Below are positions 9,297 through 17,227 of a DNA stretch of 24,668 bases, one piece after another. The notes beneath the pieces were generated by a model that had not been told where the DNA came from, ran no database searches, and saw only the letters and a program-made list of their open reading frames with translations. Position 1 is the stretch's first letter, and each line of letters begins with the position of its first letter. The translations under genes and the position numbers were made by a program. The DNA lies in assembly GCA_964529145.1 (NCBI GenBank), contig CAZGVZ010000001.1, positions 1 through 24,668 of the forward strand, written 5' to 3'. The DNA is from an uncultured Fibrobacteraceae bacterium (GTDB taxonomy: Bacteria > Fibrobacterota > Chitinivibrionia > Chitinivibrionales > Chitinispirillaceae).

Positions 9297-10484
9297 TTAA
9301 CCCCCAACCGCTTGGGAAAGGGCGGTAATTACCCTGTCCTGCCGTTCCGTCGTTAAACCGGGGAACATGGGAAGCGAGAGGATCTCATCCGAGGTTTTTT
9401 CGGAAACAGGAAAATCTCCTTTGCGATAATGCAGGTTGAGGTAAGCTCTTTGTAAATGAAGCGGAATCGGGTAATGCATACCGGTGCCGATTTTTTCTTT
9501 TTCGAGCGACAATTGGACTTTTTTCCGGTCGGAAATCCGGACGACATAGAGATGATAGATCGATTCCGCCCAGGAAGGCTCCTTGAGGCAGGTACAATTC
9601 TTCACTGAAGCAAGCTTATCCGAATAATATTTCGCGCATTTTCGTCGTGATTCGTTCCATTGAGGCAAACGCTTCAGTTTGATATCAAGAATACCGGCCT
9701 GGAGTGCATCAAGACGTCCATTATATCCTTCGATTTCATGAATATATTTTTCAACCTGTCCGTGGTCGCGCAGCATCCTGACGGTCCGATCGATTTCAAG
9801 GCTATTTGTGGTGACCGCTCCACCTTCACCCATCGCCCCGAGATTTTTACCGGGATAAAAACTGAAAGCGGCTGCATCTCCGATCGATCCGGCGACAAGC
9901 CATTTGTTTTCTCTTTTTGAGTAATATCTGGCGCCGTGAGCCTGGCAGGCATCTTCGACGACCACCAGATTGTACTGTCGCGCCAGTTCCATTATTGGAT
10001 CCATATCGGCGATCTGACCATAAAGGTGAACCGGAACAATCGCGCGCACCGGCCGCTGCCATCGTTTTGAAATGAGTGTTCTGGTCCTTGTATCGAACAG
10101 ACATTGATTTTCTAAATGGTTCCGAAGTTTTTCGGGATCCATCGAGAATGTCGATTCATCGATGTCCACAAATTCGGCAATTGCCCCAGCCTGTGAAATA
10201 CCCTCAACAGTAGCAATGAACGTGTTCGGAACGGTTATCGCGACATCTCCCTTACGGATGCCTGCGGCTATGAGGGCGAATCGCACCGCATCGGTACCAC
10301 TGTTCAGGGCTATGCCATAGGTGGTGGTACAGAATTCCGCGAAATTCTTTTCGAATTCCTTGACCATTGGGCCACCGATGAATCCGGCCGTTCTGAGCAC
10401 TTTCAAAAAAACCGATGTAAGTTCCTGTTCCAGTTCGATATGTGGAGTTACAAGGTCCAGAAAGGGAATGGCATCCTGACTCAT
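9297..10484 (-). CDS. DegT/DnrJ/EryC1/StrS family PLP-dependent nucleotide-sugar aminotransferase
   Basis: 395 aa from ATG 10484 with AAGGAG RBS (the ORF track overextends to 10739). Motifs IPFLDL, LNSGTDA, VPNTFIAT, PVHLYGQ, VVEDACQAHG, FSFYPGKNLGAMGEGG (PLP lysine), NGRLDALQA and LSLPMFP. Confidence 0.95.
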   Translation of the reverse strand: MSQDAIPFLDLVTPHIELEQELTSVFLKVLRTAGFIGGPMVKEFEKNFAEFCTTTYGIALNSGTDAVRFALIAAGIRKGDVAITVPNTFIATVEGISQAGAIAEFVDIDESTFSMDPEKLRNHLENQCLFDTRTRTLISKRWQRPVRAIVPVHLYGQIADMDPIMELARQYNLVVVEDACQAHGARYYSKRENKWLVAGSIGDAAAFSFYPGKNLGAMGEGGAVTTNSLEIDRTVRMLRDHGQVEKYIHEIEGYNGRLDALQAGILDIKLKRLPQWNESRRKCAKYYSDKLASVKNCTCLKEPSWAESIYHLYVVRISDRKKVQLSLEKEKIGTGMHYPIPLHLQRAYLNLHYRKGDFPVSEKTSDEILSLPMFPGLTTERQDRVITALSQAVGG

Positions 10485-10814
10485 AACAGCTCCTTGGAAA
10501 TTGAGGGGAATGTAAAAAAAATGATCAAAAAAAATGCCGTATAGATTGTAAAAAGACCGCGGGTTTTTCCCGCAGTGGAAACCGCTACATTGCAGCGGTC
10601 TAGAGAAAAATTTTTTCCCGAATGTATTTAACCCAAGCCGAGCGATTCTCTTCCGCTGTGAGACTGAAACTGTGCAAAAACGCTCGACACACCTCTCCGG
10701 GTGAATCAGGGCTTTTCGCATTCCATCTTCACATGGCATTAAACCTCTCTCTAAAAGAATCGCTCAGTGTAGGTTTAAAAATACATCATGTTCATATTTC
10801 AGGCCACCCGTTCA

Positions 10815-10845
10815 GGTCGAACGTTTAAACCTTGGTCGAACGTTT
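10815..10845. repeat. 12-bp perfect direct repeat GGTCGAACGTTT x2 (19-bp period), candidate regulator binding site
   Basis: Copies at 10815-10826 and 10834-10845, in the intergenic region between the kinase and the aminotransferase. The repeat is seen directly; function is inferred. Confidence 0.45.
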
Positions 10846-10941
10846 TATTATACGATGAGATGCTAAGCGGTATAGCAAAAACAGCATAAAAGCGCTTGAT
10901 CCTTACGCTTGAAAAACGAAATGACAATCGTCCGATCAAGG

Positions 10942-13089
10942 TTAAAGTAAAATGCAAAACCTGGTTCCTTTTCCTTCTTCTGACCAGCAGAGAAGACGAC
11001 CGCCCATCGAATCGATCAGAGTTTTGCATTGATAGAGGCCGATACCGATTCCTTTTTCTTTTGTCGAGTTGAAGGGTTTGAAAAGGCGCTGCTCGATGAA
11101 CTGCCCGCTCATGCCTGGGCCGTTGTCTTCGATGACGATAAAGACGAGATGGCATTCCCGCTCGAAAACTGTCAGGCCGAAACGACAGGTATCTTCATGC
11201 ACCATTGAGGTCAAGGCTCCGGTGGCACAGGAGATCATTCCCTCCTTTTTACCGATTGCCTCGATCGCATTAATGATCAGATTGTCCAAAATGTAGGAAA
11301 GCGCGGTGGCATCTGCCGAAACAAGAGGAATCTCCGAAAGTTCGGTCCGGATCGAGATATGCGAAGGAAGCCCGAGCCCGGCCTGTTCAATCACGGATCG
11401 GACTATATCATTGCAATTAAAAAGAGTTTTGGACAGGAGTTCCTTTTTTGGGGGGGACTGAAGCCTTTTGATGAGATTGTCGAGATTGCCGGAACAATTC
11501 TCGAGAGACCGAAGCAGCAGTGGGTGAAACTCGGGATTACCGATGTTGGCGTGCGCGTTTTTCGTGACCAGAGAGAGCGTTGCGATCTGATTCTTGATAT
11601 CGTGGACGATAAAGGAAGCCATATGGTTGAATGATTCGAACTGTTTTTGTTCAATGCGTTCGCGTTGAATCCGATCCCTGAATATTGCAGTGCCGACCGA
11701 TTCGGAAAACATCCTGATGATCATCAGATCTTCAGAATCGAAGTGCCGGTTTTTAGCACTGATTAGCAGTATTCCAAGCAGGTTTTCTTCATGCCTGATG
11801 GGAAATAGATGTGAGATCGATAATTTCCTCAGAGTCGAAAGCTCCTTTTCAACGGCGACCCGTATAACCTCCGCTGCCGGTTTGTCGATTTCTATGGCAT
11901 CGGCGGTATTGTCTTCAAAAAGACCGATGAGAAGAGAATCCGCGCGAAGGATAGTTTTTTCCTGTGACGGAAATGCCGGTTCGTCAAATGAGTGGAAATA
12001 GTTTTCAGCCGGTGAACGGAGAAAAACGGAGGCATTGCCGACAATAATGGTGAAACGAAGATTGTCTATTAACGCCTGTATTGTTCTTTGTACATCTCCG
12101 GTTGTTTGATGTGCGCTGTGAAGCCGAAGCAGTTGATCGCGGTAATCGTACTTGGATTTATAAATGTATTTTTTTGTCAGGGCAGTGATGGTCTTCCGCA
12201 TATGTGGCGAAAAGATGGTGATAATCCCCAGGAACAGAAACGAAAACAGGAACACGAACTCTTCGAATTCATCGAAATGAATGCCGAGCAGGCGAACGGC
12301 GAATGCGATCAGACCGAGGAATACCAGAAAGAGGCCGAAAAAAAGAATGGTTATGGAGGTATACACCATTCCGCGTCCGATTACGATCTGTTCATTCCAC
12401 AGGCGGTATCGCATTAGGCCGATAATGATTCCGGGAAAAAAGACCGCGCATAGTGCGATATGAATCCGGATAATTTCGAAACTGAGGAACTGATAAAATA
12501 GAATCCGCACCAGCATCACCATCGAACCAAGGGCGATTAGCCCGGTGCTTGCAAGATAGAGGACGAATATCCTTTTCTGCATGGTAGTGGCGTTTCGGAA
12601 TATTTTTTCAACGATGTAGAGAGTAAGGAGGTGGTAACAGAATAGAATGACAAAAAGGATCTCCCCGATCAGGTTGAGTTGAACCAATGTTCCGGAATCG
12701 ATTGTGCGGTATTCGAACCATTGCATCGAAAAAATCGAAAAAAGTATGAAAATGATCGCGGACCTCCAGAAGATTCTCAATCGAATCGGACGGGAGCCCA
12801 TGCTTATAAATGACCCGATACCGTCATGCCCTAAAAAACTCAACGTGAGTTCAAGTAGTGAAAGCGCGATAAGAAAATGAAGAACAACCGATGTGTTTAT
12901 CAGAGCTGTCCTGACGCTTGGATTAGAATAGAGTGAGGCGAAGAATTCCATGTATCCGGTCAACACGATAAGAAGAGACAGTATCGGCAGCATCAAGCGT
13001 CCGAGAGGCCAGTCTGACTTGATTGAAAAAAGTAGCCCCCCCAGTATGCCTGTCGCTCCGGTAATTGCGATGAAGAGAATGTACGTCAT
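10942..13089 (-). CDS. prsK: PEP-CTERM/XrtA system histidine kinase, PrsK-like
   Basis: About 715 aa from ATG 13089; the ORF extends to 13179 and the start is uncertain. Multi-TM N-terminus and a GAF-like region (HLFPIRHEENLLGILL). H-box SFIVHDIKNQIATLSL, N-box NLIINAIEA, G1 IEDNGPGM, F/G2 LFKPFNSTKEKGIGIGLYQC. An exosortase gene is adjacent. Confidence 0.8.
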   Translation of the reverse strand: MTYILFIAITGATGILGGLLFSIKSDWPLGRLMLPILSLLIVLTGYMEFFASLYSNPSVRTALINTSVVLHFLIALSLLELTLSFLGHDGIGSFISMGSRPIRLRIFWRSAIIFILFSIFSMQWFEYRTIDSGTLVQLNLIGEILFVILFCYHLLTLYIVEKIFRNATTMQKRIFVLYLASTGLIALGSMVMLVRILFYQFLSFEIIRIHIALCAVFFPGIIIGLMRYRLWNEQIVIGRGMVYTSITILFFGLFLVFLGLIAFAVRLLGIHFDEFEEFVFLFSFLFLGIITIFSPHMRKTITALTKKYIYKSKYDYRDQLLRLHSAHQTTGDVQRTIQALIDNLRFTIIVGNASVFLRSPAENYFHSFDEPAFPSQEKTILRADSLLIGLFEDNTADAIEIDKPAAEVIRVAVEKELSTLRKLSISHLFPIRHEENLLGILLISAKNRHFDSEDLMIIRMFSESVGTAIFRDRIQRERIEQKQFESFNHMASFIVHDIKNQIATLSLVTKNAHANIGNPEFHPLLLRSLENCSGNLDNLIKRLQSPPKKELLSKTLFNCNDIVRSVIEQAGLGLPSHISIRTELSEIPLVSADATALSYILDNLIINAIEAIGKKEGMISCATGALTSMVHEDTCRFGLTVFERECHLVFIVIEDNGPGMSGQFIEQRLFKPFNSTKEKGIGIGLYQCKTLIDSMGGRLLCWSEEGKGTRFCILL

Positions 13090-13575
13090 ATAGAATAGTG
13101 ATTCAGATAACCCGAATCCGGGGGATCCGATTGTGATGTTTTGAAACCACGGGTCGCCACCGCCATTCCTGAATCGCAAGGAATCAGCGGTAGCGGGTCA
13201 GGCCATGCGCACTTACCGTTTCGTAGCACCGCCATGACGATGTCCCCGAAGCAGGATCCGCGAAGGAATCGTCCGATTTTATCAGTATACCATTTTTGTT
13301 CGGTGCAGGCCATGACGGCTTCCATTACTTACTGTTGTGGTAAGGCAACGTTAACACGAAGAAAACCACCGGCTCTGCCGATGGAGTAAGGCGGTATCAT
13401 AGAACCGCATTCTTCTTTTTCCCCGTGCTGTTGCACTCTCCATCAAGCCACCGTCCATAGCGGTTGCAGTTCACTCCATCCGCTCCGGGCATGACGATGG
13501 CCGGCAATAAAATAACAATTACCTGCCTCGATAAGAGAGGACAACGTGATCCCTATGGGATTTTCAGCAAGGGGA

Positions 13576-13657
13576 CCACGGCGTTGTCACTCCGTTCCTT
13601 AAGCGTAAGGAATCCAGTGCCTTCGGCACTGTTTCTTTTAACCGCTTTCGGCCGTGG
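13576..13657. mobile_element. Variant/partial copy of the 88-bp hairpin repeat (left half, 13601-13647) enclosed by CCACGGC/GCCGTGG inverted repeats
   Basis: 13601-13647 aligns with 13727-13772 (AAGCGTAAGGA(A/G)TCCAGTGC...GCACTGTTTC...ACCGCTT), with one extra C:G pair in the hairpin stem. CCACGGC lies at 13576-13582 and GCCGTGG at 13651-13657. Confidence 0.55.
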
Positions 13658-13660
13658 GGC

Positions 13661-13700
13661 AGGACAGCAACCTCGGGCGCAGGACGCCCGGCTGTCTTTT
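13661..13700 (+). other. REP-like / terminator-like bulged hairpin
   Basis: AGGACAGC-(AACCT)-CGGGCG-CAGGA-CGCCCG-GCTGTCTT followed by TT, lying between two copies of the 88-bp repeat family. Confidence 0.4.
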
Positions 13701-13730
13701 CGCGGGCTATATCATCGCCATTCTTGAAGC

Positions 13731-13817
13731 GTAAGGAGTCCAGTGCTTCGCACTGTTTCCGTTATACCGCTTGGCTCGCTCAAGCCAGACCACGGCTTTT
13801 AGCCGTGGTAGTTGATT
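13731..13817. mobile_element. Non-autonomous MITE/PATE-like element with IS200/IS605-type terminal hairpin, full copy 1 (87 bp)
   Basis: Differs from 21650..21737 by 3 substitutions and 1 indel. Three hairpins: CAGTGC-TTC-GCACTG, GCTTGG-N5-TCAAGC and CCACGGCT-TTT-AGCCGTGG, ending TAGTTGATT. Intergenic. Confidence 0.7.
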
Positions 13818-13913
13818 TATCGGCGGTGTCTATTATGGAATATTCGATCATGTCGGATCGGTGTCATGATTTCCGGGAGGAGGGAGCGAAACCTCCACAG
13901 GTACACTCAACGG

Positions 13914-14831
13914 CTATTCCGTCCCCGCTGGACGCCGGATCGTGTTTTTCGAGGTCCTCTTCTCCAATATTCTAATTGCGAAAAGAAACCCGAACAGAAG
14001 AACCAAAATCAAGGCAAAGAACACGATTCCGCCGTGATGATGAAGATCACTGTCCGTGAGCCAGGCGGTATCGACCCTTTCCGCCAAAATGGTCAGAGTA
14101 GAAATGCGTATACCATTTTTAAGAAGCGTAAGCGGAATTACACTAAGAAAAAGGCAAATTTTACCGGAAAACGTAGACAGAAACAGGTGACCCCCAAGAA
14201 GGGCAGTAATTAGAAGCGCCGTACTGGAACGGATACCGCTGCATTCCTGTGCAATGAAGATGCTGATTGAAGGTAAATGGAACGTGAGCTTTTCCCTGAT
14301 ATAATTCATACCGCTCAGGCCCAGAATGATGTCGACCACCTCTGCGGAACCATATTGAAAAAAAGTTATAATCAACGATACCATTTTAGAAGGCAGCGGT
14401 ATCATCAACAGGAGGAGAAGCCATCCGAAAATTGTTTTTTCAAAGATTATACTACCGAAAAAAACGTGCGTCACACCTATAATAATGAGTAAAAATGAAA
14501 TGATGGAGAAATCCAGAGAAATGATGGGATATTTTACATTGTCTATACAACGTGAAAACAGGAATACGGCAATTCCGGATACTGAAACGAGGATTCCGGG
14601 GAATACCGCCGGCTTTGGGGACAGGTGAATGTTTTTTGTTTCACGGAGTACAAAGAAAATTGAAAGAAAGGGGACGAGGAGAATCTGGGAATATATTTCA
14701 TTTTTACTCGAAAGCTCAAAGAGTCTGATCAGCGAAGTGAAAAAAACGGTACATATTCCGATAAGAGACAACGGATATCCGAGTTTCCGTATTTTAATCG
14801 GAGTCGCCGTAAAAACCTCCTCATTGACCAC
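13914..14831 (-). CDS. Exosortase (EpsH/Xrt family) transpeptidase, no fused EpsI domain
   Basis: 305 aa (GTG start) with about 8 TM helices. Catalytic triad motifs: Cys in IAQECSGIRS, Arg in KNGIRI, His in LHHHGG. Confidence 0.9.
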   Translation of the reverse strand: MVNEEVFTATPIKIRKLGYPLSLIGICTVFFTSLIRLFELSSKNEIYSQILLVPFLSIFFVLRETKNIHLSPKPAVFPGILVSVSGIAVFLFSRCIDNVKYPIISLDFSIISFLLIIIGVTHVFFGSIIFEKTIFGWLLLLLMIPLPSKMVSLIITFFQYGSAEVVDIILGLSGMNYIREKLTFHLPSISIFIAQECSGIRSSTALLITALLGGHLFLSTFSGKICLFLSVIPLTLLKNGIRISTLTILAERVDTAWLTDSDLHHHGGIVFFALILVLLFGFLFAIRILEKRTSKNTIRRPAGTE

Positions 14832-15047
14832 GCAAATGGCTTCTCACTCCTGCCCGGCCGAAATCTGCAGGGGTCAATAATAACCCCTGTTCTCCGACCG
14901 GCATTGAGCGTACACCTTTATTACTAGCCGATGCTCATGTACCTTTGCTATTTTCCAGTGGTTTGGTCGAGAAATCACCGGATTTATGCCAGCGCGGTAA
15001 GGCGCAACTACGAGATATGCGGCATTAACTCGTTTTTTGCGACCCGC

Positions 15048-16721
15048 TTATAACAAGCCACCGCCTGTTGCGGTGGTAGATGACTTCCTGACCAATTTTT
15101 TTATCCTGTTTACATGACCTCGGCCGAGCCCCTTCACTTCGCAACCCAGCTCGAAATAACGACGTATTCTATTGTCGTCGAGTATTCCGAAACAGTCGAT
15201 GATGGCCGCTGGCTTGCCGATTTGCTTGACTATGTCATCGGGTTGAAGATTCATGTAGTGGCTGTGGCGCACGGCCAGTATTACCGCATCGACATCGGTG
15301 AGAGAACTCTCCAGATCCTGGCTCACGGACAGGTTCGAAAGTTTTTCCTGGTTACGGAAAAAACGCTTGAGGCTGTGATCGTTCGAGGGGTACGAATCCT
15401 GCGCCTCGAACTCCCACCAGTGCTCGACATATGGATCATGCACCCGCAATTCCGCGCCCATTTCCGTCAGTTTTCTCACGATCAATTCCGAGCCGCTGTA
15501 TCGGGTATCGCCTACGTCCTCCCGGTATGAAGCTCCTAAAAGCAGGACTTCGGCCGCGGCTATAGGCCGATCCATGTTGCGCAGGGCGTCGCGTGTCATC
15601 TGAGCGACCCTCAGTGCCCGTGTATCGTTGATATTGATCGCTGTCGGAGTGATCCTGAAAATGTTATCGTTCCAACCGAGAATGTGCTTGTACGCCCACA
15701 TTCCCAGACCACCATCTTTGGGCAGGCAATATCCCCCGATTCCGGGGCCGGGAAAAATCAGGTTGCTGTGAGTGGGCCGCACTCTTATCGCCTTTATGAC
15801 TTTTGTGAGGTCCACACCATTCTGCTCGGCGAAAAGGCTCCATTCATCGAGAAAAGCCAGTATCGTGGCCCTGTAACTGTTTTCGACTATTTTGGCGGTT
15901 TCCGATTCGATAGGCCGGTCCAGAACCGTTAGTGGATACTCTTTCGTATTGAGGACATCGTTCAGGAAAGAAACCACCCGTTTCTTTGCTGTTTCATTTA
16001 CGCCCGAGCAAACCCGCCAGAAATCACGGATGCTTTTCACGTATTCGCGTCCGGGCATGACTCTTTCGTAACTGTGGGCGAGCAGAGGCTCGGAGGTAAT
16101 TCCACGTTTCCGGAAAATTTTTTTGAACTGAGGATATGCGACCTGTTCGGTTGTTCCGGGCGCGACGGTCGTTTCGATCAGAACTAGGCAATCCGGTTTT
16201 ATCCGCTCGGCTATGGTGCCGAAGGATTTTTCCAGGGCGGCCATATCGGTCCTCCCTGTCTGTAAGTCACCCAGTGATTCTTTGAGGTAATCGCATTGAA
16301 CGTCAACGACCACGCAATCCACCAGTTTAAGAACATCTTCGTTGAAGGTTGCGGTCAGGGTCTTTTTTTCGAGAACGCATCGTCTGATCATCGGCTCTAC
16401 TTCCGGATCTTCGGCTTTTACCGGAGATTCACCACGATTGAGAAGGTGAATCTTCCAGAAACTCCGGACACTGGGTCGCTGCACTCCGACGACGAATTTT
16501 GACGGCTCTCCTGAGCCGCTCTCACTGTCCGCGACGATCGCGGCCATAACAGCACCGACAAAACCAACACCTAATACTGCAACTACTTCACGTCCCTGAC
16601 TGCGATTTTGGTCGATCAATGCGGCTACACGTTCAAATTCGCAGTTGAAATCCTCTTTTGTGGGCAAGGCGAATTTTTCACCGGCAGGACTAACGCTGAA
16701 TTCAGGTTCTCTGTTTACCAT
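15048..16721 (-). CDS. Nucleotide-sugar dehydrogenase (UDP-glucose/GDP-mannose dehydrogenase family, WecC/WbpA-like, long form)
   Basis: 557 aa with AAGGA RBS. Rossmann motif VLGVGFVG, LIETTVAPGTT, HSYERVMPG, ETAKIVENSYR, catalytic GPGIGGYCLPKD, LLGASYREDVGDTRYS and VHDPYV. Confidence 0.93.
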   Translation of the reverse strand: MVNREPEFSVSPAGEKFALPTKEDFNCEFERVAALIDQNRSQGREVVAVLGVGFVGAVMAAIVADSESGSGEPSKFVVGVQRPSVRSFWKIHLLNRGESPVKAEDPEVEPMIRRCVLEKKTLTATFNEDVLKLVDCVVVDVQCDYLKESLGDLQTGRTDMAALEKSFGTIAERIKPDCLVLIETTVAPGTTEQVAYPQFKKIFRKRGITSEPLLAHSYERVMPGREYVKSIRDFWRVCSGVNETAKKRVVSFLNDVLNTKEYPLTVLDRPIESETAKIVENSYRATILAFLDEWSLFAEQNGVDLTKVIKAIRVRPTHSNLIFPGPGIGGYCLPKDGGLGMWAYKHILGWNDNIFRITPTAININDTRALRVAQMTRDALRNMDRPIAAAEVLLLGASYREDVGDTRYSGSELIVRKLTEMGAELRVHDPYVEHWWEFEAQDSYPSNDHSLKRFFRNQEKLSNLSVSQDLESSLTDVDAVILAVRHSHYMNLQPDDIVKQIGKPAAIIDCFGILDDNRIRRYFELGCEVKGLGRGHVNRIKKLVRKSSTTATGGGLL

Positions 16722-16873
16722 ACATTTCCTTTATTTCAGTGTTGAAGGGAATGGCCTGCCCCCGGACGTGTCCATTTGTGCGGTCTGCTTCATGGTTTTC
16801 GCAATCAAAGCGGAACTGCTTTCCCGAACGTATCCTGATCGATATTCCCACCGCGGCCCCAATTTCGTCCGGA

Positions 16874-16925
16874 CCAAGTCATACAATGGAAAATAGCAGG
16901 AAGCACTGGACTCCTTACGGTTCAA
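16874..16925. mobile_element. Degenerate inverted left-half copy of the 88-bp repeat
   Basis: 16874-16918 matches the reverse complement of 21650-21694 at 35/45 positions without gaps, and the last 19 nt (GAAGCACTGGACTCCTTAC) are identical. It continues G(G/C)TTCAA as in the 13731 copy flank. The hairpin is disrupted. Confidence 0.6.
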
Positions 16926-17199
16926 AAATGGTAATGATACTACAACCGAGCATCTCATCACAAATGAATCGTCCGATGCAGATAAAAAAAGGTCATTTAG
17001 GTGGAAAATTGAAATATAGCTTATTTTACCGTGTTCGATCCAGAAATATGGAAAAATGAGATACGGCAGGGAAGAGTTTGGCGTCAAGCCGTCGCAGCAC
17101 TATTCCCACTCGGAGGCATTAACGATCGAGTATTGTTGTTTGTAAAGTGGTCGGGGTTCGATGAGAGAGTCCGTTTCCGAGCCCACTACGTGGAGGAGA

Positions 17200-17219
17200 A
17201 CCCCTCCGAAAGGAGGGGT
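17200..17219 (-). terminator. Hairpin just downstream of the GH5 stop (likely terminator or stabilising stem)
   Basis: ACCCCTCC-GAAA-GGAGGGGT, a perfect 8-bp stem 8 nt after the stop at 17228. The tail on the minus strand is pyrimidine-rich rather than poly-U. Confidence 0.5.
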
Positions 17220-17227
17220 ACGAAAAA

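Noticed and set aside
13090-13575. Small ORFs upstream of prsK (13086..13325, 13141..13389, 13464..13727) as possible exosortase substrates
   Set aside because: No signal peptide and no PEP-TM-basic C-terminus; composition is not gene-like.
16731-17087. 118-aa minus-strand ORF upstream of the dehydrogenase
   Set aside because: It runs through the degenerate repeat copy and has no recognisable domain or RBS.
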